64,000 nt of DNA. Origin: a virus. Below are positions 20,301 through 29,069 of this stretch, piece after piece (position 1 is the stretch's first letter; each line of letters opens with the position of its first letter). Where the stretch lies: the IMG/VR virus record IMGVR_UViG_3300000970_000006; one strand, written 5' to 3'. The notes beneath the pieces are model-generated. The model ran no database searches, was not told the DNA's origin, and was given only the letters and a program-made list of their open reading frames with translations. Made by a program: the position numbers and the translations under genes.

Positions 20301-23045
20301 GTCATCAACCAAAAATCCTGATTTTGAACGTTCTAATCCATCATTATCAATAACAGGAACATTTTCAGTTCTCATTTCAAGCAATGACAAACTTGTGTAA
20401 TAAGTATTACGCTCAACTCGTTTGTCGATGCGTCCGATATCACGCATAGTATAACGTTTATTTTGAATAAAACGTATTCCTACATCGTCAGCGGCATCTG
20501 ATGTAAATGCAGGAACTGTAAATTCATACATTTTCATAGAACTATCCGGAACTTCAGGAAATTCAGGAATTAATGCAGGCTCGCCTGTAATAACAATAAG
20601 ATTGCCTTGTCTATTAATTACTAAAATGTCTTTACGCGACAAATAATAGTCGTAATCTGAATTGATAATACTATTAACTTTTGGCACATTCTCTCCAGCA
20701 AATGCATTACTATTTGCATTTCTAACTGGACGAAAATCAATCATATCACCAAGATTTACATTACCATTTAATTTTGAATTATAAGATGGTATGTCTGTTC
20801 TATCAAGACCCGTATAAGAGTCAATACTGAAAAAGTCACCATTGCCATGAGCATAATAACGATAATCAATTTGAACATTACCAGCAGGAATATTATATGC
20901 TTGTCCAGGTTTTGCCTTTACACTAGCATGGTCGTAAAAGTCATCACGTTGCCCTGTGTCGAGCGTGAAAATACTTGTTGCATCATTATTACCAGAAGCT
21001 ACTGTTTCCAAAGAAATTATCGACACAATTTCAACAACATCCGGAACTTCTAAATCAATAATTCCAACAGCGGGGTCATAAGCGTATTGTGTTGATTGAG
21101 TTGTAAGAGTCTTTGTTTTAAAGGAGGCATTTGTTCTCGTAATCGTTGCAAAAATAGTATACGTTCCAGGACTTGGCATTGTTAATGTCAACTGTTGTCC
21201 TGATGCCGTGATTTCAGCAAATGTTGGAGATACCTCTGCATTAGAAGATTCATCAAAAATATAATAGTTTGTAATAAATGATTGACTATTATAAAAATCA
21301 ACCTCTCTAGGACCAGTAAAATAATCGTCGGCCGTAATATTTATTGAAACACTACCAGCACCATCTGACGTAGCCGAAAATGATTTATAATATTGATACG
21401 TTGTTGCGGGAACATTATTAGGCTGAAGCGTTCTAATTACTCTATTGTTAACAGGATAAATAAAACTATCAAATTCAGAATTAGTTAATTCAGGATTTGC
21501 AATTACGCCGGTTGCGCCAGTTGCGTCAAATGTAATACGATTAACGTCAGCAAAATTTCTATTTGGTAAAACTTCTACATCAAAAACATAAATATTCCAT
21601 CCTGTAGCGGTTTTAACAGCTTGTTTGGCGCGTGCTGTAGCAATTGTTAAACTTGGAGCAGTAAATGTTACAGTAGGAAAATCAGTAAAATCAGGAATAC
21701 CGCCTGTTAGATTTGTAATGGAAACATATGAACCGTAAAATGCCGTGATATTATGGTTTTCTGCTGTTTCATAAGTTCGTGATTTTAATACATCAATATG
21801 TTGTGATACAAGAGTTTCGTGCTCACGACCTCTAACATATGATTTACCGGGACCAACTTCAATTGTCATATAATTAGGTTTTTTCAGAGCCAATGTACCT
21901 TCGGCGTCTAATAAAACAACTGAACCAGCATCGTACGTAAATACATTTTCGTCTACGATTGTTTCAACAGTAAATTCACCAGTAAAATGATTATTTACGT
22001 CATTAACGGCGCCAGATATTTCAATAGTATCACCGACATTAAGGCTGTGAATATATGATGTTGTCACACGCGCTTTAGTATTGGCAGTAGGTGCAGACGC
22101 TTCTATGCTAATCACATTAATTGGAATATGGTCATTTGCGTTTACCTGATAAGGTCTAACGGTATAATCACCAGATTCGTCAAAAGTTCTTCGTTCAAAT
22201 TCAAGTGCGAGTTCGCTGTAAATAGCCGGGCGTTCTGATGTTACTGCTAATCCATTCACGATTTTAGTCAATGATACAAAATTAGAAGGTATTTCGTCTT
22301 CAGGGTCTAAATAAAATGCTATTTTTGCAGAAGCTTGAAGTCTATCTGCGCCAACTGCTGAAAAAGAAGTTTCGCCTCTTGCAGGGTCTTTTAAATCTGG
22401 ATTATCTGCTGCAGTAATAACAATTTCATCATAATTAAAACCGAAATAACCAGTTGGAAATTCAGTCGAACCGGGTCTAGCAACAATAGCTTGTGCCTCA
22501 ACATCAACAAAATTTCCGTTTATATAGAATATACCAGCATCCAATTGAATATAAATGTTCAATCCTGTATATTCACTATTTTGAACAATACTAGCAGCAA
22601 CAGAAGTATCAGTAATTCTAAATAAATGACTATTACTAAATTCATCTACAATAGAATTAGTGTATAATGTGTAATAATTTTCAGTTGGGTTTTCAGCAAC
22701 AGCAATTACTTCTATATTTTCGACAGCGACACCGAAAGTGTCATTTTCATAAACTTCAATATTTTGGCCTATCCACTCATTTAATATAAGTTCGGTGCCT
22801 AAGTAATCTTTATCAATATTAAAATATCTGACTCTTTTAATATTAGAAACACCACCTTGCACCCGCGAACCATTAGAAAAAATATGTTCAGCAAACTTTT
22901 TAGTTTGATTTTTTGCAATTAGCTGTGCTTCATTTAATTCGCGAGATTGAACATCATGTTTTGGCTTAAACAAAACATTGATATAATTCTCATTTAATAT
23001 GGAACTATAATATGGTGGTTTTTTTGAAACAATGTCTATTGTCAT
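17328..23045 (-). CDS. Large virion structural protein (DUF4815 / VrlC-like) with Hint insertion
   Basis: VLFKPKHDVQSRELNEAQ, RTFDESGDYTV, GKSYVRGRE, YTMRDIGRIDKRVE, GFLVDDF, DPVAQTF, PRIKDMRIIS. Confidence 0.85.
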   Translation of the reverse strand: MTIDIVSKKPPYYSSILNENYINVLFKPKHDVQSRELNEAQLIAKNQTKKFAEHIFSNGSRVQGGVSNIKRVRYFNIDKDYLGTELILNEWIGQNIEVYENDTFGVAVENIEVIAVAENPTENYYTLYTNSIVDEFSNSHLFRITDTSVAASIVQNSEYTGLNIYIQLDAGIFYINGNFVDVEAQAIVARPGSTEFPTGYFGFNYDEIVITAADNPDLKDPARGETSFSAVGADRLQASAKIAFYLDPEDEIPSNFVSLTKIVNGLAVTSERPAIYSELALEFERRTFDESGDYTVRPYQVNANDHIPINVISIEASAPTANTKARVTTSYIHSLNVGDTIEISGAVNDVNNHFTGEFTVETIVDENVFTYDAGSVVLLDAEGTLALKKPNYMTIEVGPGKSYVRGREHETLVSQHIDVLKSRTYETAENHNITAFYGSYVSITNLTGGIPDFTDFPTVTFTAPSLTIATARAKQAVKTATGWNIYVFDVEVLPNRNFADVNRITFDATGATGVIANPELTNSEFDSFIYPVNNRVIRTLQPNNVPATTYQYYKSFSATSDGAGSVSINITADDYFTGPREVDFYNSQSFITNYYIFDESSNAEVSPTFAEITASGQQLTLTMPSPGTYTIFATITRTNASFKTKTLTTQSTQYAYDPAVGIIDLEVPDVVEIVSIISLETVASGNNDATSIFTLDTGQRDDFYDHASVKAKPGQAYNIPAGNVQIDYRYYAHGNGDFFSIDSYTGLDRTDIPSYNSKLNGNVNLGDMIDFRPVRNANSNAFAGENVPKVNSIINSDYDYYLSRKDILVINRQGNLIVITGEPALIPEFPEVPDSSMKMYEFTVPAFTSDAADDVGIRFIQNKRYTMRDIGRIDKRVERNTYYTSLSLLEMRTENVPVIDNDGLERSKSGFLVDDFSGHKIGDPNSPDYSCSIDTVKQELRPGFISDRFKTSLNNSATTMTIVGNETIGDYAILPYEEFIFQQNLIASKSINVQPYFVIKITGVMQTNPMSDDWMDTERAPSVSVDLAGNLDAWNSINGGFGTEWNDWQTTWTGVTTDVDVDVRRLGRGSSTTTTTTTTTTTDQIRTGTERVLSFEAVEKSLGDRVIDTRLAYYMRELNIEISGFQLQPNADLHAFIDDTKMNNSITPAPGYEPSGQGSVRTDDNGFFKCSMLVPGGTFRTGERQIMFSDEANNVSENAKTETRYVFNSSGLINTVQEVSVSVAEPTVNSVAITQERELIDTETDVNVEIRIPPTPPQTIGAGPGGGGCCFDEKALVTIADGTLIKISDIKIGEKVYNGNGGSNTVLGIESPVLANRSMISINGGWAFFSEEHPMLTTDGWACANPDCDEAKMHLVDGEIVTLKLEVGMTMVKEDGVEELITSIDFIEDDYNKIIYNLMLDGDHQYVVEGYIVHNKGGDPVAQTFYVDPNVYKAGTFATSVGVYFKTKDTSVPVRVEIRPVVNGFPSATTVLPFGTAYLNPDDVNIPADTDNMDDIKNNETKFTFPVPVYLEPGKEYSFIVISNSLDYEIFVSEMGQFIIGTDITITSQPVLGSLFKSQNQRTWTPFQNEDIMHNLYMADFETQTERILSLNAVHGTEQFNFNHTMLSTNAISNEPFNKINWSAQSKLESTSTLSTPYPIIANENLLHPNERILAASGDMPIVATASTVNKYTSPLINIARTSVTLIKNNVNDYGLKEDDFNIVDSGSGYSAPPTITAESPNGVDYSGIGILNNSGQLIGVQTLEEGSGFIDSANIVVSGNANITYDAFENRTQGGNANARYFTKPVVLSETYATDYIQVYADVNVPAQADIQLYMRAKSSTDPRDISNVEWVPMQRRSDRPLVNEDPLQFVENLWEPQDGTLAYSYNGVNHNKIIEYQTKIVMLAGNSSYVPRIKDMRIISAVL
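18801..19238 (-). other. Hint (intein-like/BIL) domain, 146 aa, no endonuclease
   Basis: Starts CFDEKALVT, has FSEEHPM (block B), ends IYNL...YVVEGYIVHN; +1 residue is Lys. Confidence 0.85.
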
Positions 23046-23053
23046 AACAGCCC

Positions 23054-24601
23054 TTAAAAGGTTAATAAAATTCTATACGTTTCGACGTGATTATCACGTC
23101 TAGTTACTGGTGCTCTATTTTCATTATATACAACAGTTCCAGATTGCCGATTTACTGTTTCATCAGATGAAATTGTAGCAACAGTTCCTCTATATCCAGT
23201 ATCAGTTGTAATAACATCGCCAACTTCAAGTGTGCCAATTATATTAGTTAAATATTTTGTAATCAAATCGCTGATTAAAATTCCACCGTCTGACACAGAA
23301 TACGCACTCAAAAGATTAGACTCAGATTTAACTTCTACATTAGTACTAAATGTTCCTACAATAGTACTTGTGGTGAATGAGGTTCGAAAATCATATGTTT
23401 CTTCTGTTAATAAATTGCCATTATTATCTTCTGGATTTTTCCATATTAAAATTTTTCTAAAAGGCATATTAGCCGGAATTGTATCATTTTCTGTACCGTC
23501 AAGACTAACTTCTATTAAAATATCAAAAGCGTTTAAATCATTAATAGCATTTCTGCCGACGCCTTTAACTGGTGTAATAACCGGTGATATAACAGCTCCG
23601 GTACCAGTAGACGAATTTATAGTAACAAAGGCTTCGGTATAATCTTGCCCAAATAAATCCGAGTTTACAATTTGGATTTCTCCCGTATCACTCACGCGAT
23701 TAATATTTGCTGTCGCGGATTTTCCATCTCCTGTGACCGTAATCGTATCGTCAGTTGTATAACCACTTCCTGCAGAAATAACTTCATATGCATATATTTG
23801 TCCAGCAATTGCAGATTGCTGGACAATCCAACGAGCAGAACTATCATTTATTAATAAGGGACGTAATGATGATTTCCCAGTAAATTCAGCTTGTTCATAT
23901 TCAACCGGTGACATAGTGTATAAATATTTCCATTTATATCCATCAGTTGTTTCTATAACTTCAGATGATGTGCCTGTTGGTTCAACAGATGATAATCTAC
24001 CATTACCGCCTAAACCATTCCACAAACACAAATATACATTGCGCTCTTCAGTGGCAACGTAAAAATTTTTTTGTTCAATGATAGATGGATTATAATAAGC
24101 GTATTTGCTACCAAGAGACCATTTCACATAAGGATATGTAAATACTATATCAGCAGATGTGAATTTTTTAGCATACAAAAATTCTTTTCTGGTTTTAGCT
24201 ATTGCTATTTCTGACGCGTCAACAGTGGGCCAATCATTTTCCTTGTTAACTACAATAGAACCTACGCCTGTAAATGTGGTAAAATTAGTTCCATCTACAC
24301 CTAGCAATTCAAATGTGTCATCAGTAGCATTTGTAATAATGCTTTCACTGTTAAGTTGATTTAACTCATCCGTACCGGTTACACCTTTAAACGAAACTAA
24401 TTGACCGTTAATTAGTCCATGATTTGTAGAAGTAATAATAACAGGATTTGTTAGTGATACTAATTCGATAGGAATTAATTCTTCCCAAGGATTTGCTTTA
24501 GCTGCGACAAGATAATAATTATTATCATCAACACTTTCTATAAAAGTCTGTGCAAATTCTTGTTTAAAACCATTTGTAGTTTTACCATATGATTGCGCCA
24601 T
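23054..24601 (-). CDS. 8: gp8 baseplate wedge protein (cyanophage-type)
   Basis: FYVATEERNVYLCLWNG, IETTDGYKWKYLYT, YNENRAPVTR. Confidence 0.8.
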   Translation of the reverse strand: MAQSYGKTTNGFKQEFAQTFIESVDDNNYYLVAAKANPWEELIPIELVSLTNPVIITSTNHGLINGQLVSFKGVTGTDELNQLNSESIITNATDDTFELLGVDGTNFTTFTGVGSIVVNKENDWPTVDASEIAIAKTRKEFLYAKKFTSADIVFTYPYVKWSLGSKYAYYNPSIIEQKNFYVATEERNVYLCLWNGLGGNGRLSSVEPTGTSSEVIETTDGYKWKYLYTMSPVEYEQAEFTGKSSLRPLLINDSSARWIVQQSAIAGQIYAYEVISAGSGYTTDDTITVTGDGKSATANINRVSDTGEIQIVNSDLFGQDYTEAFVTINSSTGTGAVISPVITPVKGVGRNAINDLNAFDILIEVSLDGTENDTIPANMPFRKILIWKNPEDNNGNLLTEETYDFRTSFTTSTIVGTFSTNVEVKSESNLLSAYSVSDGGILISDLITKYLTNIIGTLEVGDVITTDTGYRGTVATISSDETVNRQSGTVVYNENRAPVTRRDNHVETYRILLTF

Positions 24602-26929
24602 TTATCTTCGAACCTCTATTGTATTATTTAATATGAAATTATCAATAAATTTATCCGCATTAGATGAAAAAATTGAACACTCTTTATTTGTACCATCATT
24701 GAAAACTGCAATAACAGTTCCGTGTGTTTTATCTCCGTTTGAATCTTCAGTATAAAAAATACTTCCTACTGATACAAATTGAGATAATCCGTCAAGTTTA
24801 TCTAGCTCAACATATACGTATGTATTATCTGCATACGGATAATTTGCCATTATTACGCTTGCTTTTAATTGATATTCGGAACTACTATTTGCATGATTAT
24901 CTACATTAAGTACGACAGACGCAAAATCTAAATAATCAGAATATATGAATAATCCTTGTTCGCGAATATTTTCGTAAACTAATTCATGAATGCCTTCAGT
25001 CGTAACTCTTATTGAATCAGACGATTGTGTGTAATCAACATTATAACCATTTTGTTTAACGGCTATTACTCTTTGATATTTAGGATTAAATGACGCAGTT
25101 CCAACAAATCTTGTTATTTCATACACCGGAGATATTGTTCTAAAACCGTCATCAATTTTTTCAACTATTCGATAATACCCAGCAGGATGAGCAATATCGG
25201 CTACGGAATTTTCATACTCTGATTGAGGTGTGATACTGGTTAAAATATATGAATGATTTTGGTAATATAAATTATCTCTTAATACTCCAGAAGAACTTAA
25301 CTGTCCATGATAAGAATCAAAATATCCTTCATTATGTTTTATAATTTCTGCTTGGAATGTAAAAGCAGAACCGTCTTCATAAGTGCCAACAATTTCGCCG
25401 TCAATAAAACCATCTCCATTTCCTGGAGTATTACAAACAGCTAAATAATTGTTTGATTGTGTTTTTTCCATGATAATAAATTTAGCTCTATTTGGTAATT
25501 CAAATTTACCAAATTGCTGATGTATAGAGGAATCTAAATTATTTGTATCAAGAACCGGTTGCCATATAGGATGTGCTGATAATTGAATATCTGGCTCATC
25601 AATCAAATCATTAACAAAATGCACAGTTTCATACTGAAATTCACCATTTATATTGCTAAGGTGTAAGTCATGGAAAACGCGTTGGTCGACCACACGCGTT
25701 TCTACGCGCTCTATGAACGCGTAAATGTCAGGATTTGTTGAGCTTTGAATAAATAAACCTTCAATGTCAATTAAATAATCACTATTATAATAATTATCAG
25801 AAGACTGAGCTACGTTTGGAAATGTTTTAAATATATTATTTCTTACCGATGTAGAACGAGTGTCTAACGCTTGCGTCAAACTTTCAATTCTCATAATAAT
25901 ATCTTTTTTCCATACTCCGCCAGACGCTTGAAAAATTTTCTTTTTGTTTGTTGAAAATTGAATAGGTTCGTTATTTAAAACACGACCTAAATATTGATAT
26001 GATTTAGCAGTTCCTCGTATATTATAAAAGTCATTGCTTCCCATTAATACTAAATCTTTTCGCGCTTTAGTATTTTCGGGAAAGTTTTTTAAATAATCAG
26101 GAGCTAATCTTTCTCGTTCTTCAATATCAAGTCTCATATCTCGATATTGTGAATAATTCATTATTCGGTCAAGAGGATTTTTTTCCAAATTCATGTATTC
26201 ATAAAAATCTTTTTGGAATTTGTAAAATGCCTCATGACTGCCAACCTGGTGTGCAGGAGTAATAGTATCAATTATATCAACTTCGGCAGTTCTCGATCTA
26301 GGACGCAAAAAGCATTCTAAAGGTTCAAAATCACCGTCAACGTAAATGTATATTGAATTTCTATCGTATTCAATGTCAAACGGTACTATCATTTGTTGAC
26401 CGTCTAAAATACCATTAGTAGCACACGCGCGATAAGTATTTAGAATAACTTTAATTTTGGTGCCTGCAGGAGGAATTGAGTTTTCATTAAATGATAAACG
26501 AGAGCCGATTTCGCCATTAAATTCTGTAATATTATAGTCAAAACTATAGTCGCTGCCTTCAGACAAAAGAACATCATTGGCTAAGACATAAACACCGTTT
26601 TGGGAAAATACGAAACTATCTTCACCTGATAATAAAGGTTGTGATAATTCATCACCACGCGCACGATAAATTTCTGAAAATACTGCAAGAGGTTTTTCAG
26701 TAAAAAACATATCTGTGTTTGTTGGAACTATAATAAAAGAAGTTCCGTCTGAAATATAATTTAATTCGGAACGATCTCTTTCATCCAACACCCATAAACG
26801 CTGCTTTGTTTCATTCTTAATACGAATAACCGTGCCGTCTCTTCCTGATAAATTCATAGAAGAGCCGTTAATTAATACTTTATTATCGCCTAATGTTGCC
26901 GTAACATCGGTTATTATCATATTAAGCAA
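24602..26929 (-). CDS. 7: gp7-like baseplate wedge initiator
   Basis: DFYNIRGTAKSYQYL, QASGGVW, RDNLYYQNHSYIL, IAHPAG. Confidence 0.7.
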   Translation of the reverse strand: MLNMIITDVTATLGDNKVLINGSSMNLSGRDGTVIRIKNETKQRLWVLDERDRSELNYISDGTSFIIVPTNTDMFFTEKPLAVFSEIYRARGDELSQPLLSGEDSFVFSQNGVYVLANDVLLSEGSDYSFDYNITEFNGEIGSRLSFNENSIPPAGTKIKVILNTYRACATNGILDGQQMIVPFDIEYDRNSIYIYVDGDFEPLECFLRPRSRTAEVDIIDTITPAHQVGSHEAFYKFQKDFYEYMNLEKNPLDRIMNYSQYRDMRLDIEERERLAPDYLKNFPENTKARKDLVLMGSNDFYNIRGTAKSYQYLGRVLNNEPIQFSTNKKKIFQASGGVWKKDIIMRIESLTQALDTRSTSVRNNIFKTFPNVAQSSDNYYNSDYLIDIEGLFIQSSTNPDIYAFIERVETRVVDQRVFHDLHLSNINGEFQYETVHFVNDLIDEPDIQLSAHPIWQPVLDTNNLDSSIHQQFGKFELPNRAKFIIMEKTQSNNYLAVCNTPGNGDGFIDGEIVGTYEDGSAFTFQAEIIKHNEGYFDSYHGQLSSSGVLRDNLYYQNHSYILTSITPQSEYENSVADIAHPAGYYRIVEKIDDGFRTISPVYEITRFVGTASFNPKYQRVIAVKQNGYNVDYTQSSDSIRVTTEGIHELVYENIREQGLFIYSDYLDFASVVLNVDNHANSSSEYQLKASVIMANYPYADNTYVYVELDKLDGLSQFVSVGSIFYTEDSNGDKTHGTVIAVFNDGTNKECSIFSSNADKFIDNFILNNTIEVRR

Positions 26930-28682
26930 CCTTAATTTTAGATGGGTCTATTCGAAGAATTTTATTTCTTACGGTAGTTAAATGATTTGAATCTGGAGTT
27001 GTAAAAAATGATAATATTCCATTATCAACTCTTTGTATGCCAATAGGAGACACATTTATAAGACCGGTATTATAATTTACCGTTCCTATATTAGCACGAA
27101 CTACTCCATTTGCTACATCAGACCTAATCATTTGTATAATACCATTTGAATTGTCTTTTAAGATAACTCTATTATTTTGAAATGTGAAGCTGTTGGTTCT
27201 TAATGAGCCAGGAGTTATATTATTTCTAAAATTAACACTGTAAGGAATTTCTCTATTTAAAACAGGAGTTTCTCTTATTTCAGCTTCAATGGTTATATAA
27301 ATGCCACTAAGCTCTGGAATTTTATCATGAATAAAAGACGCCATATGAGATGTTTCTAATCGTGAATCAAATTGATTAATACGGGTTGACGAATATTCGA
27401 TAATTAATAATTTTATTAATGATGCATTTTCAGTAGTTAAGTTTCCAGAGGCGTACACAGGAGATGCATTTATTGATACAAAAATATATTCAGCAGGAAC
27501 AATTATAGGTTCAACTTCCATTATTCTGTAATCTTTATTAAGGCGCTGAATAATTTCAACTCTTTTGCGTTCACTAACAGGAGCACCATTTCTATCAAGC
27601 GATATGAATACACGACCAAAATTGGCTAACGGTGCATTTTCATCTTCGCCTCCCCACACTTTAATATTAGCAATTTCAGGGAATATATTTTGCATGATTG
27701 TTTGCCAATCAGTAGAGCTAAAAGCTCTATTGGCAGAAGTATATTTTCTCGGTGCATTAAATTTAATGTCATCTATGGTCTCTCGCTCTAAACCACCTGC
27801 TGATTTTGCGTTAGCAGCAAAAACAACATTAAACGTAATAAGGTCAGGATTTTTAGCATCATTTGAAATTAGTTTTAGGGTTTCAAGGCCATTTCCTTCA
27901 TTTCCGTTTGTTTGGAAATAAACAATTCGTACAACATTACCATGAGACACATTTTTACCAAGAACGCCGTCACCGAAGAATATATTATATGAACCATCTG
28001 ATAATTCATCATAGAAAAATACTTTACTGTCAGATGTTAATTCAACAACACTGTCTGCGTGTACGTATCGAGACAATACCGAACTATCAGTTCCTTCTTG
28101 AACGTAAACTTCTGTTAATTGCATATCAACATTTGCGGTTACGGTATGAAATTTTTGGTCTCTATCTCTATTGTTAACAATGTATTCTACGGAGAAATAT
28201 TGTCCTTCTGCTAATTGAACATCACTAAATGTATGAGCTTCGCCTTCTTGAACATTAGACACATATTCATTAACGGTTGTAAATATTTTACTGTTTGCGC
28301 TGCCTCTAGTGATTTCGTCATACGCTCTGAAAGTTGTACCTTTAGCCAATGTAATATTTGTAGGCTGATTTGCACCAATAATACTTAATGTACCATTTAT
28401 TTTTGAAGACACCCGACTTCTAGGAGTATACGATAATGGTTTGGCATGTGATACTGCGCTAGTACGAATTTGAGAGGTATGTAAACTTCCTTCTGAAGAT
28501 ACCATATTAGCATAGAAACCGGCCTGATGTGCAACGTAGGCTATGTTTCGTAAAAATATGTTTAACTGAGAACCTCTAAAATCATAATCTTTCCAGTAAT
28601 CTTGACCTTCATACATATCGTATAAATTGTCAAGTACCGCATCATAATCCAGTTCCGTAATTCGTGTGTGTGGCGTATCCAT
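26922..28682 (-). CDS. 6: gp6 baseplate wedge subunit
   Basis: ELDYDAVLDNL, DYDFRGSQL, GDGVLGK, ETIDDIKFNAPR, KVWGGED. Confidence 0.92.
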   Translation of the reverse strand: MDTPHTRITELDYDAVLDNLYDMYEGQDYWKDYDFRGSQLNIFLRNIAYVAHQAGFYANMVSSEGSLHTSQIRTSAVSHAKPLSYTPRSRVSSKINGTLSIIGANQPTNITLAKGTTFRAYDEITRGSANSKIFTTVNEYVSNVQEGEAHTFSDVQLAEGQYFSVEYIVNNRDRDQKFHTVTANVDMQLTEVYVQEGTDSSVLSRYVHADSVVELTSDSKVFFYDELSDGSYNIFFGDGVLGKNVSHGNVVRIVYFQTNGNEGNGLETLKLISNDAKNPDLITFNVVFAANAKSAGGLERETIDDIKFNAPRKYTSANRAFSSTDWQTIMQNIFPEIANIKVWGGEDENAPLANFGRVFISLDRNGAPVSERKRVEIIQRLNKDYRIMEVEPIIVPAEYIFVSINASPVYASGNLTTENASLIKLLIIEYSSTRINQFDSRLETSHMASFIHDKIPELSGIYITIEAEIRETPVLNREIPYSVNFRNNITPGSLRTNSFTFQNNRVILKDNSNGIIQMIRSDVANGVVRANIGTVNYNTGLINVSPIGIQRVDNGILSFFTTPDSNHLTTVRNKILRIDPSKIKVA

Positions 28683-29069
28683 TTATCGGACCCTTTTTAA
28701 TACTGATGTGTAAGGAATTAATTCTTTTGTTTGCGCTATTTGCAATATACAATCTACGGTCAGCGCATTAGCATCTTCTTGAAATGTTACTTCGAGTTCC
28801 AGTATTTTTTCTATTCTAGTTTCTATTGTTAGAATAATATTTTCAACCAGCGCTTCTGTTGTTTTTTTCACTGGGTCACTAAAATTTTCAAATAATAATT
28901 CGCGTATGCCTGCGTTTAAGCCTGGATAAAAAGGCCAATCACCTGATACCGATTGAAGTATATTATTAACTGATTGTAAAATAGCTTCTCTATCTGTTTT
29001 AACAAACACACCAGATTCTGATGCGCTAGGTAAAAAATCTCTAGCTATATCACGCGACTGCTTTGGCAC
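28683..29069 (-). CDS. 25: gp25 baseplate wedge subunit
   Basis: AILQSVNNILQSVSGDWPFYPGL...IETRIE; immediately upstream of gp6. Confidence 0.85.
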   Translation of the reverse strand: MPKQSRDIARDFLPSASESGVFVKTDREAILQSVNNILQSVSGDWPFYPGLNAGIRELLFENFSDPVKKTTEALVENIILTIETRIEKILELEVTFQEDANALTVDCILQIAQTKELIPYTSVLKRVR